The notes: generated by a model from the letters alone, not told the origin. A stretch of DNA of 64,000 nucleotides from Geosiphon pyriformis uo1 (GCA_016748015.1 JAAOMT010000003.1:624373-688372), one strand, 5' to 3'. Positions 47,401-62,279 are shown, numbered from the stretch's first letter. Translations and numbers: made by a program.

Positions 47401-49029
47401 TTATTCTAATATTAAGGTCTTAATAAATAATAAGCTAGTGGTGGAAATTGGTAATGAGATTGTTGAGATTGAAAATAATGTTGATTATTTCTTTGTTGTT
47501 GATCTTGTTGCATTTTTTGACAATCTTGTTTCCAGTATTCAGAAATTCCACAATAGTAATAACTTTAAGATTGATTGTTTAGTGATGATATGTAGTTATT
47601 TTAATTATATTATTGGAGTGATTAATATCTTTGTTGTTGCTATTATTGTTAGTTAATAAAGTAATTTTCAACTTTCTTGGTTAATTGATCAATCATTTTT
47701 TTAGCTGTTAAGCTGGTTTCTTTAATTGTGAAATTCACAAGTTTGGTGCAGTTAACTTCTTTTATTGTCATTTTATAAGCCTTAGCATGTTAAATAACAG
47801 TGACTAGATTTGCTAAAGCATATGGTCAAACTTTTTTAATGAGTTTGTTTTTTAATCTCACAATAAACTAATCTAAAATCTGGACATTAAAATAGTAGTC
47901 ATTGGTTTTCAATTGTCAAATTTATTGAAAAAATTTGTTAAACCTCCTAAAATAAGTTATAACAGTTTTGGATAATTTTTGTTTGATATTATAAAAATGG
48001 TTTTGAAGAGTAATAAAAATGTTGTTGTTAGTAAATTGTTCCAAAAAAGCATCTTTAAATGCTTGACAGTTTTCAAAAAGTTCAGTCAAGTTTTTAAACC
48101 ATTTTTCTACTGTTTTTTGAAGAAAATATGGAATTGTTTTTAATATTCTTATTGTATTCTATCTATTTACATCTTTTGCTTTTTGGATTTTATTAAGCTA
48201 TTTTTGTAGACTAATGTTAACATTTTCTTTAGTAAATTCAGTAATTTTTGTAATATAAGCAGTTGCTATGTTTTTTGTATTCTTGTTTTCAGTAATTTTT
48301 TTTGTAGATTCAAAAATACTTTTATTGTTATTGAAATAATTGCTTTGGTTTTTTGCTAAAAAATTGAGAAGATTGGTGCTGATAAAAATTTGTTCAGACT
48401 GTTATATTGGGCTTTTTGGTAATGTAAAATTTTCTGGTCTTAAAAAACAAATTAATAATAAATTGGGTGTTTGTGGTTAAACAAGTAAAATTGAGAATGG
48501 TGTGATTAAAAGTGGTAATTTGATACTAGTTTTTTGTTTAAGTGTTTGTAGATATTTGGCAATTACTCTTAATGTATTATATACAATATGACTAGTTTAT
48601 GGTGTTTTTATTTTCTGCTTTCTTTTATTGCTATTTTCGAATTCTAATTCAAAGTTGAAAGAGTATTTAGACTATACTAGATATTTTTCCTTACAATATT
48701 GAATAATATTAAAATTAAGTTTTTTAAAATAAGTGTTAAGTATTTTACTGTTAAAGTTTTCAGTTTCTAAGCAAAAATAGTATATTAGATTTTTGTAAAG
48801 ACTTTTTTTGATTTCTGAAATATTATAGTTTCCAAAAAAATAATTGTTAATACAATTTTTAATATATTAGTATAGTGATTTTTTAAAAATTTCAATTCCG
48901 TCTGGAATATTAAATTTTTGCTTGCAGTAATTGTAAATTAACTAATAATATTTTAGAGTTGTTGTGTCTAATTTAATTACTATTTTGAAGTTGTTATTGC
49001 TGTGTTATTTTTGTAAAAAGAGCACTAAA

Positions 49030-49930
49030 GATTATCAGAGGTTTTTGGTCTTTTTTTTAAAATTATGTTAATGCCTATTTGCTATAAATTCATGTTTATT
49101 GAAAATTATTGAATCTCTGATAACTGAATTTATTTTCAAATTATTTCCTATAATCTGAACTGTTGAGTTTATATATGGAATAACCAATTCTGTACCAGTT
49201 ACTATATGTAGTTATTTTATAGTAAAAGTTAACTTTTTCTTAGAAATTGCTTATCTGGAAGTTCACTAAAATGTGTAGTTATTTTGCTGTAAAAGTCAAT
49301 TCTTTTATAAAAATCTTATTTGTAGACTATTCTAATGATTATAACAAAAAAATAAAGAGAAATAAAAAAAATATAAAAAAAATAGAATTTTGTTTAAGGA
49401 AATTATTTTTTGGTTTAGATCTGAAATTACTAACAGATTACTGAAATTTGGTTTTCAAGTATTTGACGTTTTTATTACTTTTTGTAAAGTTAATTAATTT
49501 GAATTAAAATAATTCTGGATAAGATACATTTTTTCAAAAAAAGAAGTTTTTCTTTTATACAATTTGTTATAGTACTAGTCTATAAACTTGAACTTTCTTT
49601 TTTGCTATAATTTCAATAAACTAAAAGATATATTTCGACAAACTACAAGTTATTTCAATAAACTATTAACTTTTTTGGTGTATTATTCATTATTTTGGTG
49701 AATTTCTACAAATTTGGCAAATTTTTGAATGTTATATAGTTTAGAATATTGTGTAATTTAATCATTCTAATTTCTATTATATAAATTAGATTATTAATTA
49801 AATAATAATATTTGATAGTTTGGTTAAATGATAAGTAATAATTTGAGATTATATTAATATATGCTAATTAATAATAAGAATTATAAAGGTAATTTCATGC
49901 TAATTAATAGTTAAAATTCTACTGATAATA
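49030..49930 (-). repeat. 5' LTR of Gypsy B
   Basis: Reverse-complement homolog of 56587-57539. Confidence 0.88.
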
Positions 49931-50128
49931 TTGTTTATTTTTTGATAATTGCATTAATTGTAAATTTGACTTTATATGGCTTTTGAATCAACTTATTATT
50001 AACCACCAAGTAGTCAAATACCACCTTTTAAAATAGTTAATTCAATACATTTCTAATTATTTTTCCCTTATTAAAACAAAAACTTTTTATATGTCTGTCT
50101 ATAGCTTTTTTGATAAGATTATTTCTGG
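49931..50128 (-). pseudogene. LINE ORF2 fragment (post-endonuclease linker), probably the continuation of LINE copy 5
   Basis: Reads NNLIKKAIDRHIKSFCFNKGKIIRNVL..KVVFDYLVVNNKLI, homologous to 2330-2510. Confidence 0.8.
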
Positions 50129-50360
50129 TGTTACAGGTGATTCTTTGAGGTGTTGAGTGAATAACAAACCCATAACTTGGTGCTCAAAGTGATTGGTAAT
50201 GATGATAATCTGAAGGTATTTTATCTGAAGATTTTCTAATTGAGTTCTTTGTATAATGAACAGAGATTCAATAGTAACAGTTTATCAGTAGTTTTTTGAA
50301 ACCGTAGTTTCGTTGATGGCTTGCTCAGCTTGATGGTTGATAATTCTCCTGGTATGATAT
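50129..50360. mobile_element. Fragment of another LTR-like end
   Basis: Starts TGTTACAGG exactly where LINE homology stops. No partner end found in the window. Confidence 0.45.
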
Positions 50361-53300
50361 GTATTAACAACCATCAACTTAACAATACCAAACATCTGTC
50401 CAAAGATTAATTTAACAAAACTAATTTACACCACAAAATCAGTTTTTTAACAATAATTGATTCAATTCTAACAACTATTTAGTTTTTCGAAATTTGGCTT
50501 AATAAAAGCCCATATATTATCATACTTAACTCAATTATCTCACAATATTAGAAGAATCATATTTTTAACAAACTGCTCTTTTTGAAGATAAAGTTATAGT
50601 ATCAAGATCAAATTCTTTCAACAATACCATCTTATCAATCCAAATTGCCCAAAATACTAATTTCTTAGATATTTTCTTATTTAAATTTAAAGCCAATGAA
50701 TTATAGTAATATAACAATCAATAAGCAAAAAGCAATTACAGTAATATATATTAAAGCAAAAGTTAAAGAAAAACCAATTTGACTAATTCTAAATAGTGAA
50801 TTTACTAGTAGTATCATCATCTACTAACTAATACAACAGCTTTAATAAACTATTAACAAATCTGCCCAAACAATTATTGTTACAGCCAATAATATGAAAA
50901 AAACTCCAATAAGAAAAATTGACAACTTTTTCTTTATTATTAATGAAATTACCATCTAATTAAAGTTCTTGTCATAAATGCACCTCAATACCAAGTTCTT
51001 ATTAGAAATAATTAATTTCTTAAAGCCAATACAAACCTAGATTAGAAAACACAAGAATTAAAAATTTTATACTAAAGACAATATACATAAATATCTGCTA
51101 TATGTAGTATATTTAATAAACAATTTAAAAAAACCCCAGTATTTGAATTTAAAGAAAAAAAAAATGCCAATTATTGAAACATATATGGCTTTTGAATTAA
51201 CATCTAATTGGACTGAGGAAACAGAACAAAAAATTTTTAAAGAAACCAGAGAATAAAATGTTGCTCAATATTTTATACCAGAATTATAAAAACAACTATC
51301 TTATATCCTATTTAAATACAAAAACTGCAACAAAAAACTTTTATCAATAAGAGCATACATATTTTTAAAAGAGAAATATAAAACATGCATCTGTTATTTT
51401 TGCAAGACATGCCATAGGAAACAATTCAGATACTCCAAATAAAATAGAAAATAAGACAATATTTTTTGTTTTATATGTGAAGAAATATTACCAAAAGAAT
51501 ACAACTGAATTGATGTTACAATAAAAAAAAAAATCTGTAATCAAATCTGTCAATATGCATTTTTAATTACAAAGAAAGTAAAAAGAAAAACTCTTTTCAA
51601 TGCAACATATAACAGCATTCTTAACAAACTTTACTATTATCCACATAATACTGAAATAATTTACAAACTGACTATAGTTTTAATCAATAAAAAAACCCAA
51701 TAAGATGTATGCCAAATGAAAAAAACAGAGTACATTGAGTCTACAATAGAATTAGCTGAATTAGATTATAAAAATAAAGTAGAAACATACTACTAGATTA
51801 CAAATTATGCCTACTTAATTAAAGAAGCTTAAATTCAACAATTAGAACAAATAAATATTCAATTATATAAAGAATATACCATGTTTTGTAATAACCAATA
51901 ATGTTTAGAATGCTATGCAATTAGATTTTTTTGTTTAGTAAAAATAATGAATACAAAATCAAATTTGAAAAACCTGAACCAAAAAAAAAATTACAACAAC
52001 CCTAATTTACCTTATTAAAAATCAGTCTGTTATAAAACTCAAATATTTTAACAACAATGAATAAGAAATAAAACCAGAAAAAGCTCATAAAATTGATGCT
52101 AAATATAATTTACAATATCCAAAAAAAAACACTTTGGTTTTTTAACCAAAACCTTTGACAAAAATCAATCAAAAATTGCTTTTAAAATCTTATCAAAAAC
52201 AATGATTCAAATTGCTTCCCAATTATTGTTGGCAAGCAAAAAAATTAATGTTAGAGGAAAAGTCATAGATGCAAAATACACTAGAGACATCACAATCTTG
52301 TTACAAAATAAAACTGACAAATCATTCAAAATCAAACATATTGAAAAAATTGTTTAAGCAATCTATTTACCCTTAATCAACATTTTAGATTTACAATTGG
52401 TTAGCAACAAAAAACAATTAAAAAAAAGTGAAAGAAGAACCCAAAGTTTTGGTTTAACTGGACAATTCACAATTCCAGTAAATATAATTCTTAATACACA
52501 AAACAAATCTTACCAGATTCTTTGATTTCCCCAACCAATTACTATTTTATCTTTTGGAAAACATTACAAAATTTACACTTGTCCAAAGCCTATTACCACT
52601 TAACAAATCTTTGAATCCAATAAACAAATCTGTTTAAAGCATAAAATCTTAATTCTAAAAAAAATGAAAAAATTTGGAATTATCTTTTATAATTCTAACA
52701 ATTATCTTAATATTTTATTAAATAAAGTAGAAATTGGAATTATATATAACAACATTTTTCAAAATAAAATCTCTTAGATTGTCTTTAATTTCATTAAAAT
52801 TGTGAAATATATCTTATTTCCAAATTTAAACATTATTTTCACTACTAAAAACTACCATATTTTAGAAAAAAAACTCTTTTAAATCAACATGAATTTTTTA
52901 GAACCTCAACAATAAAGACAACTAAAACAGTTAATTGCTAAATATATTAATATATTTGTGAAAGACAATAACAATCTGGAAAAAACTGATATTGTTTAAC
53001 ATTAAATCTATACAGAAGATGCTCTACTAAAATGATAATAAACTTACTAAGTTCTATTTGCCAGCCACCAATTCATCAGAGAAAAATACAGTGAATACTT
53101 AACAATAAACTTATACAACTATCAAAAAGCTCTTGGGCTTCATCAGTAGTCCTTATTAAAAAGAAAAATTACAAAATCAAATTTTGTGTAGACTATTGAC
53201 AACTAAATAATATTATAATTGAAAATATCTATACACTACCAAAAATTGACAACATGCTAAATGCTTTAAGAAAAGCCAAGTTTTTTTCAACTTTAACTTA

Positions 53301-56300
53301 GAAAGTAAATACTGACAAGTTGAAATAGATCCCAAAGATTAACCAAAAACAGTATTTACTACATAAGAAGAAAATTACAAATTCAATATTATGTCTTTTG
53401 GATTTTTTAATATACCAACAATATTTCAGTAACTTATAGGTATTATTTACAAAAAACTCCTATGGTAATTAGTAGTTATTTATTTAAATAATATTAATGT
53501 ATACTTTTCAAGTTTTGAAGCTTATTTAATCCATTTGTGAAAAGTTTTTTAATAATTATGAAAAACAGAATTAAAGTTAAACATTGAAAAATGTTACTTT
53601 AAAAAAACAAGTTTAATTTTCCTTGAATATATTGTCAGCAAAGATAGAGTCCAACCCAATCCAGGAACAATTAATGCTATTAAAAATTTCAAAATTCTTT
53701 AAAACACAACAGAACTAAGAAAATTTGTAGAATTAACATCTTATTACCAAAAATTCATCAAAAAATTCTCTAAAATCACTAAACTACTCAACTACTTGAC
53801 CAACAAAGATGTAAAATATCAATAGATATAAGCTTAACAATAAGTATTTGACACTCTCAAAAAAAACTTATCACAGCTCTAATTCTTACATATTTAGATT
53901 TCAGTAAAAAGTTTCAGTTAACTATTAATGCTTCATACATAGCTTTTGACATTATCTTATCACAATTAAATAACAATAGCAATAAATAAGTAATTGTTTA
54001 TGCCAATAAAATATTCAAGCCAACAGAACTCAAGTATAGCTCAATAGAATTAAAAGCAGCAGCTGTTATCTAAATTCTTAAACATTTTTAACAGTACCTC
54101 CAAAACAGCTCTGAATTTGACATTATAATTAACAAAATTGGTCTCAAATGGCTCAACAAAAAAAGTTCTGAACTTAGTGCCAAACAATTCTTATAAACTA
54201 ATTTTCTCACTAATTACAAATTTATTGTTTATTACAAACTAGGCAGACTATATATAACCATTGACAGTTTCTTAAGAATGAGACAAAATTAATATTAACA
54301 CAACTTTATTACAACTTATCAACTTAACAACAAACAACAAATTAGTAAACAATAGATCTTAAAAACTACAACAACATCAAAAACGATTTAAAAATTTTTA
54401 CTATATCAGAAAACTGGTTTTCAGTTAAAAAACACCAATTACAACACCAATTTAAACAATATTTTATCTATTATAACAAAATTTACTATTAAAATTGCAG
54501 AAATTTATTCAACTTATTTAGATTAGTACAAGAGAATAAAAAGAAAACAATATTATACAACATATATACAGATCTATTATTAACACATCTAAAAAAAAAT
54601 GGAACAATTTAGAGAATACTTGAACACTATTTTTGGTCTTATATGCAAAAAGACATTCAACAATACATAGAATTTTGTAATAGTTGTTAAAAAAAAGAGA
54701 TATTTGTCCCACAAAACTATTAAATCCAATCAAAATTGGACAACCTTTTAACAGAGTTGGTATCAATTTAGTTGAACCACTACTTATTACAAAACAAAAA
54801 AACTATTATATTGCAGTTGTAATAGACTATCTCATCAAATGATCTAAAGCCAAAGTTATCTAAAAAGCAGATGCAAAATCAATAGCAAATTTCATTTATA
54901 AAGACATTTTTATATACATAAATGCTCAATTAAACTCTTATTTGATCAAAAATACACTTTGTAAACAACTTGATACAAGAAATTTGTAAACAGTTTAATA
55001 TTAAATGACTTTTATCTTTACTATATTATTTATAAACAAATGGATTAATGAAATGTTTTAACAGAACACTGTATAAATCATTAGCCAAAATCTTAACTAA
55101 TTTTGAATAGAAATAAGATATCTTTATTTCATCAGTATTATTAACATACAAAACACTAAAACAAGATACAATAAAACACACATTATTTGATTTAACATAT
55201 AAAAAAACAACAATATTACTAATCAATTTTATAGTAGAAACATATTCAATACAACCAATTACTGAAAAAAACTTCCAAAAAATATTTTAACAAAAAGCCT
55301 ACATCCTTTTCAATATATTAGAAGGAAAATAACAAATAACAGCAATTCATATTAAATATTCTTAAGCTTAATAAAAAGAATAGCATAACAACAAACTGTT
55401 ATTAGTTAGCAATAAATTCAAAGTTGGAAATAAAGTTTTTTTATATAAAACTAAGAGTAAAAAACAGTAAAGTGGAAAAAATAAACATAAATAAGATAAA
55501 CTATTCTATATTTACAAAGTTTTAGACAATAAATTATACAAATTAAAACTTAATAACAAAGTTTTAGCAAAAGTTGCATATAAAAATTAATTGAAACACT
55601 ATCACTCCAGAACAAATTCTGAACCATTAATTTCACAAATTGATACATATTTCTTTTTAATTAATCTCAAAGATATTCCCTAAAACTTGGAACTAATAGT
55701 TATAATAAAACAACAATCAAACTTAAATACTTAATTTAATATTATAAATCTTTTAATAATACACAAACATAAAACAAAAATAGTAAATAATTACAAAAAA
55801 TACTTAAATCCAAAAACATATAAAACTCTTATATTCAAAAATAATTTCTTTATTCTTTTCAAATTTTTTTTAAAATTTCTATTCTTAGTTGGTTACTTTT
55901 ATTATGATTATTCTCTAAAACATTTAACAAATATCCTAAAAATTAATGTTAGTATTGAAAACACTTTTTGATTTATCCATAACAATTAATGAAAGTTAAA
56001 TTAGTTATATTCAAAAAAAACTACAACATTAGTAGTACTTAATTTACAGAATTATTATTTCTATAAAAGAAAAACAAGAAGTTGTTTTGAAAATCAATTA
56101 CCAGAACTTTTAAAACAAGTCTTAAAAAAATCTTTAATTGTCTTTATTAATATTTTATCAAATGCTACAATCTAATAAAAACTTCTACTATTTTTTAATG
56201 AACAAAACAATAAACATATCTTTATCTATAAATATTTTTATATTGCAAAAACACTTTATGAATAAAAACTAAAACTTGAAGCAACAAATCTTACTTTTAA

Positions 56301-57539
56301 AGCTATACAAAAACAAATTTACAATGAATTCAAGACAATAGCTAAACCAACAAATATTCACTACAAATTTAGAATAGCATTTAGACTCTATAATTTATTC
56401 AATATTTGTGAAAATGTCCTACAAAATTCAATATTCTAACCAATAAAAATACAATATATTGGCAAATTGACAAAGCTAAAATTTCACCAATTTTCAAACC
56501 AAATCACCATAATTATTTTGGACCACTATCTTAATTTTACAGATAGTACTTGGATTTCATAGAGCTCAGTCTTAAGAAAGAGATTATATTATTAGTAGAA
56601 TTTTAATTAGTAATTAACATAAAATTACTCTTATAATTCCTATTATTAATTAACATATATTATTATTATTTCAATTATTACTTATTAGTTAGTTAAATTA
56701 TTAAATATCATCATTTAATTAATAATCTGATTTGTATTATTAAAATTAAGATGATCAAATTACATAATATTCTGAACTATTTAATATTTAAAAATTTGCT
56801 GAAATAATTAATAATTCATTAAAATAATCAATAGTTTGTAGAAATAACTTGTAGTTTGTTAAAATATATTTTTAATTTATTGAAACAATAGCAAAAAAAA
56901 GTGTAAGTTTAAAGACTAGTACTACAACAAATTATATAAAAGAAGAGCTTTTCTTTTTGAGAAAATATATCTTACTTTAGATATCTTAATTAGAATAAAT
57001 CATCTCTTATACACTTTTACAAAATTTAAATAAAATCATATATTTGAAAACCCAAATCTTTAATTATTATACTTGAATTTTTCCAAAACCCAACTAATAT
57101 TTTGAAATTAATTAGCTGCCAATTTTAATAATTTGTTAATAACTTTAGGTCTGGATAGAAAATGATTTTTTTGACAAAATTCTATTTCTTTTATATTTCT
57201 TTTATTTTTTTTACTTTTTTTTATTATAATCATTAAAATAGTCTACAAATAAGATTTCTGTAGAAAAGTTGACTTTTACAACAAAGTAATTACACATTTT
57301 TAGTAAGCTTTTAGATAAAAAATTCCTAAAAAAGAGTTAACTTTTACTACAAAGTAATTATATACAGTAATTAACATAGAAGTGGCTATTCTACTTGTAA
57401 GCTCAGCAATTTAAATTATAAAAAATGATTTGAAAATAAATTCAGTTATCAGAGATTCACTTGCTTTCAAAAAACATGAATTTACAACAAACAAATATTA
57501 ATAATATTCAAAAAAAGAGACCAAAAACTTTTAGTAACA
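50360..57539 (+). mobile_element. Gypsy C (same family as B), 5'-deleted, heavily decayed: PR, Cys-rich domain, dUTPase, RT, RH, separate IN, ORF3, PPT, 3' LTR
   Basis: Inverted homology to B over 50360-53390. RT/RH run to a stop at 54290; integrase ~54352-55735 (LVEPL, TNGLMKCFNRTL); ORF3 ~55780-56575; PPT ~56574-56584; LTR 56587-57539 ending GTAACA. Confidence 0.9.
56587..57539 (+). repeat. 3' LTR of Gypsy C
   Basis: Follows the purine tract, ends TAACA, and is homologous to 49030-49930. Confidence 0.88.
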
Positions 57540-60090
57540 ATGGTTCTAGAATTATTTTAAGTAGGAGTTTTGGCTAATAAATGTCTATTAAATGAATTGA
57601 TTAAGCCTAAATTTACACAAAACTTAAAACTTACACTTTTTTTTAAGCTATTTTTATTGAAATCTCTGTTTAATACCACAAAAGTACTGGAGTTAACAGC
57701 TTTAACAATAAAAAAATTGATCTTTGATGCTTAATCAAACTTAGTTTCAACAGAAATATCTATATATAAGTCTAAAATTATAACTAATAATTTGTTTTTA
57801 AACAAAAACTATACTGAAATAATTTGACCAGGAATTTTTTTTATCTTTAAAACATGATAAACCAAAAAATTGTTTATAATAATTACTATATTAGCATCAA
57901 AAAAGTTTTTGTTTAAACCAGATATAAAAATTCTTATTTTATTAAACTTTTTTACTATTTATGGCTTAATAATAGACTTCAACTTTGTTTCTGTAATGAT
58001 AGAAATCATATTATCCAACTCAATATGCCAACAAACTACATTTTTTTGTTTAGTAGAGATGTTAATATCATAAATGTTATATGTAGTAAATCTTCAAATC
58101 AAGTTAGTTATTAAGATAAAACAACTACAGATAAACTTAAGCCAATATACAACTGATTTAATCTTGCCAATACTAAATTAACTGAAACTTTAAAAGCCAC
58201 CATTTTTGATTTCAAGCCACTTATTTTGGTGGCTAAAATTTTTGAATTATTCAAACCTAAATCCAAAGTCTTTTTATTTACAACTAAAAAAAGAAAAACA
58301 AATAATACAGATAAATTATTTAAAACCATATTTAAATCCAAATTCGAATTTAATAGTACTAAACATAATAAAAAAAAGATTAAAAGATAGATACCAAGAA
58401 TACCAAATTTACAAAGCTTAATTTACATATAATACTAAATACTTGATCTGCCAAAAACTCCAAGAAGCATTTTAAAAAGACCAAATAAGTATTTAAAAAA
58501 AAGTCATTTAGTAAGATAAAAGAAAACTTTCTATTAGAACCTAAAGCACTAAGAAAAAGAGAGCCAGAATCAAAATTAGAGAACAACTTGTTAGGAACAA
58601 AAGCTGCTAAAACTATTTAAACTCAGAATTTGCCATCAAAAATAGCAGAATAAAAGATAAAAACATACTTTTTGGTATAAAACTTAACCAGCTGAAGGCA
58701 ATTTTCATTTGAAACAAACTTTTTAAATATTCTCAAAAATAGAAAAATAAAAGAACCAAAAGCATTACATTTCAAAGCAGAATGATCAAAATGGCTATAT
58801 TTCTCACATTAAACTAAATTTATTCTAATTTAAAAAAGTTTTACATCACCAAAAATCAGTTTTATGTGAAAGATAAATTCTAGCTTTTTATCTAATTTAA
58901 AACCAATTATAGTACAACAAACTCTGTTGCCAGTTTCAAATGACCAATTTATAATACAAGTTTTTCCATTAACTTTTTCTAATAGAACATTAAAATTATA
59001 AGCAGTTGTTCTTATAAACAAAATAAACAAAAGCATCTTAAACCAATTTTTTAACATCCAGACTTTATGATCTTCTACAGTTTTTGCTACATATACTGAA
59101 TTTTTTCAATAAAAAATAACTATTTTGCTACCAATTAATCAGCCTAACTTAATTTAGTAAATTTTACTACAGCCTTCTGCTACAGCCCAATTAGTTGTAA
59201 TTAAATTAATACTACTTGACCAAACTCAAAAAAAGGTAAGACAATTATTTTTTTTGGCATATTTATAGAAATTTTCTTGATAACTATGGTCTAATCTGAA
59301 CAAATTTTTGTTTCTTAACATTTTTGTTTATGATAATTCTTTTATATTCAGCCAATAATACAGCTTTTTTCATATTTTCTTTGAATCTAAACATTAATTA
59401 GATGATTTCTTTAAATTTTAAAAGAGTAGTGACCCTCCTAAAACTATTGATTATTGAAAATTTTTTTCTAATAGCCTAAGTTTTTGCTGTGGCTAATTTA
59501 TTTTTTACAGCTAAAAAATTAATATTCAAAACAAAAAAATTTTTAATGAGTACTTCAACTTGAGTTTTTACAATTTTTGGGTCAATTTATTTTTTGTCTA
59601 AAGAAATATTAAGAAAAAAAGAGAAAAGTTCTTTTTTTATTCATGTTATAGTCAATTAAGCCAATAAGAAAATCACATATTAGACCAGTATTTTTTTTTT
59701 TTAACTTTAGAAGTATTTACTGCTAAGCCAAGAAAAAAATTACTATTATCCTTATTATTACCAAATTCACTGTTTATATTAGAATATATACCATTACTAA
59801 TACCAGATTTAACCAAAAAATTATTTTTTTCATTATTAGAATGTTTAATATTACTAACAGAAATCTTCTTTTTTTGGGAAAAAGAACTTTCAACAAGATT
59901 ATAAAAAGCTTTCTTGAATGCTTTTTTTTTAGACATAATACTACCTAAAGCAGCCACCAGGTTTACCATAAAGAAATTATTTGCTTAAGAAATGTTTACA
60001 AGAAAATAACAAGAAAAATAAAAATAAAAAACTTTTTTTTTAAAATATGCTCTTTGGAGAATTTGAGATGTAGGAGAGAAAAAAGTTTTT
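57540..60090 (-). mobile_element. LINE copy 5: 5' end, type-B ORF1 and endonuclease, cut by Gypsy C
   Basis: MVNLVAALGSIMSKKKAF..SFSQKKK (59673-59969); ORF1 fragments to 58111; EN (CWHIELDNMISIITETKLK..RDFNK) at 57540-58110; 5' motif at 60050-60090. Confidence 0.88.
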
Positions 60091-61035
60091 AATTATTTAA
60101 ATTGTTTAAAAAATAAAAAATTTAAATATAAATTTTATCCTAAAAGATTTGTATATTATTTTTAATTAAAATTTAATATAAAAAACTTAAAAACTTTTTT
60201 GTAAATTTAGTCAAAACAAAATTTAAAATAATAAAATTAGTAATATTTTTTGTAAATAAATATTAAAAATTAATATAAAATCCGATTAATTAAATCTTAA
60301 GCTAAGATAAAAATCTATAATTATTAAAAATATGAACTTATTTTAATAAATTAAACATTTGAATACTATAAATTTTTTAGAATTGTTTTTAATTAAATTT
60401 GTTTTTTAAAATTAATGTTTTTGCTTAAATAATCAATTTTAAAATTTTGTTGTATATTAATTTTTTGTTTTAAGTTACAATATTTAAATGTAAAAAATCT
60501 GTGGTTTATATTTGTTTTAATAAATTGTAAAAAATTATACTTGTTAAAGCATAATAATTTTAATATAATTTTGAACAATTTAATTCATAATCAAAAATCG
60601 AAAAAAGTTTTTATTGCAATAATCAGTTGTATATTTTTGTTGACACTTATATTAAATTTTTCTTAATTTAACAAAAGAACACAGTAATTAATAAGATTAA
60701 TAAAAAATTAATTCAACAATCTTATATAAATAATAATAAAATATAATATAAAATTCTAATTCTCTAAATGCACTCATAACTGATCCTCGAGCGCACTTAA
60801 GGTTTATTAACTATTTATTTTAAAATTTACGCAATATTCTTAATTTAACATGTTTTAAAGAATTCACATTTTCTTTGATAAAAAGTATCGACTCCTGTCA
60901 AACAGATTGAAAAAATATGTCGGTATTATAAATCTATCTTTTTAAGTTGTAGTCTGGAGCACATTAATTCCAATTTGAATTTCTACAATTATCATAGGCA
61001 AACAAAATGAATTATCATTGTTCAAATTCAATATT

Positions 61036-62279
61036 TTATTCAGGTTGTAGTAAGCATCCACTTGCAACACGCTCACGAAAAGCATCAACATACGCCGCCA
61101 AATTCTCGGCATCATCTAAACGTACTCCAGAAGATCGCACAGTCGGCCCAATCTCACGCTCCAATTGTAACAAAGCAATACGAATCTGGGCAACTTTTTG
61201 AGTGATTTCATCAGTGGTTAATTCTATTTCTCGAGATGCAGTCAGTTTCGCGTCAGAATCAGACCGAAGTATATGAACTCGAGCCCGAAGTGATTCAATC
61301 TTGCGAGAGGTGACTTGATTTTCCTGAGCGAGCTGAATACGTTCTCTTTCTTGATCTAATAATATCAAAAATAAATGGAAAGAATATATAAAAAGAATCG
61401 ACAGCATATTTTTACAAAAACATTAATAGGGCCATTTAACCCATTTACCTTTATGATATGCCAAAAATCTTTGGTTAAAGGCTGAAAACCCAAGTTCTAA
61501 ATCACTGGGTGCTTCATCAATCTCTTCATCTAATGGTTTTAAAATAAATAAAACAAACAAGGGAATTTTGTAAAAGGATATAATTCCAATCCGAAATTTT
61601 CTAGGAATATTACCCGATGAAACTCTAGGATCGGATAACTCAGACTCATCCGGACTGTGAGAATTCTAAAAAGGTATTTTATCTTGTGAGTCGTTCTCTA
61701 ACGTAATTATAATTAAAAAAGTAAATATATACTTGATCACGTGAGTCTTGTCGTTCCTGGCCCTCCATTGTTACCAAGCCTAGGCAATTATTGTCGTATT
61801 CTCTTTGGAAAGTAGCTCTTTGACTTTGATCCTTATCTTTCTCATCGTCGCCACCTTCATCTGATGATGAAAAAGTTGATGAAGATTCATGGTAATTCAC
61901 TACTTTGATCGGACGTCTGGTAGTTCTTCTTTGATCATGATGTGAATTATTAGTATTTTGGTTGTTTCTTACACGCTGAGTAGCCTTCTTTGAAGTAGGA
62001 CGATGGTTAGTATGAATTGTCGTTGGAATCACAGGTAAATTCATTGTCGCAGAGGATGACGTCGAATCTCCTGTATTCGATAAAGCTTCAACGTTCATCC
62101 CTAATGACCTTGGATTTTTCAAGTTAAGTAGACCTTTATCGTGATTTTCCAAGCACTTCAAGTGATTTGAAATGACAATTTCCCACTTGGTTTTTCGAGT
62201 GCAAATCTCCAGATTAAATTCCTTATCCGGAGTCTTACCTATTCATCGAGCGTGCTCTTTGGGCTCGCGTGAGAGTCAT
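61036..62279 (-). CDS. Host spliced gene, hypothetical protein (Ser/Thr/Arg-rich disordered N-half, acidic patch, C-terminal coiled coil); about 5 exons
   Basis: Proposed exons ~62279-62239, 62108-61733, 61665-61614, 61529-61449 and 61355-61036, with GT..AG junctions that keep the frame (MTLTRAQRARSMNRSLGMNVE...DQERERIQLAQEN...LQPE*). CpG-rich. The first exon is the least certain. Confidence 0.72.

Larger units (their letters stand above)
43400..49930 (-). mobile_element. Gypsy B (second dUTPase family), 5' LTR to mid-RT, 3'-truncated, heavily decayed
   Basis: 5' LTR 49030-49930; decayed PBS (tttagtgctc); gag ~47750-48300; protease ~46600-47000; Cys-rich region (LTCKNCNKKL 46224-46460); dUTPase (KKAHKINAEYDL 45605-45790); RT start (CVDY..KDAY..KTAFT). 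Confidence 0.88.
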
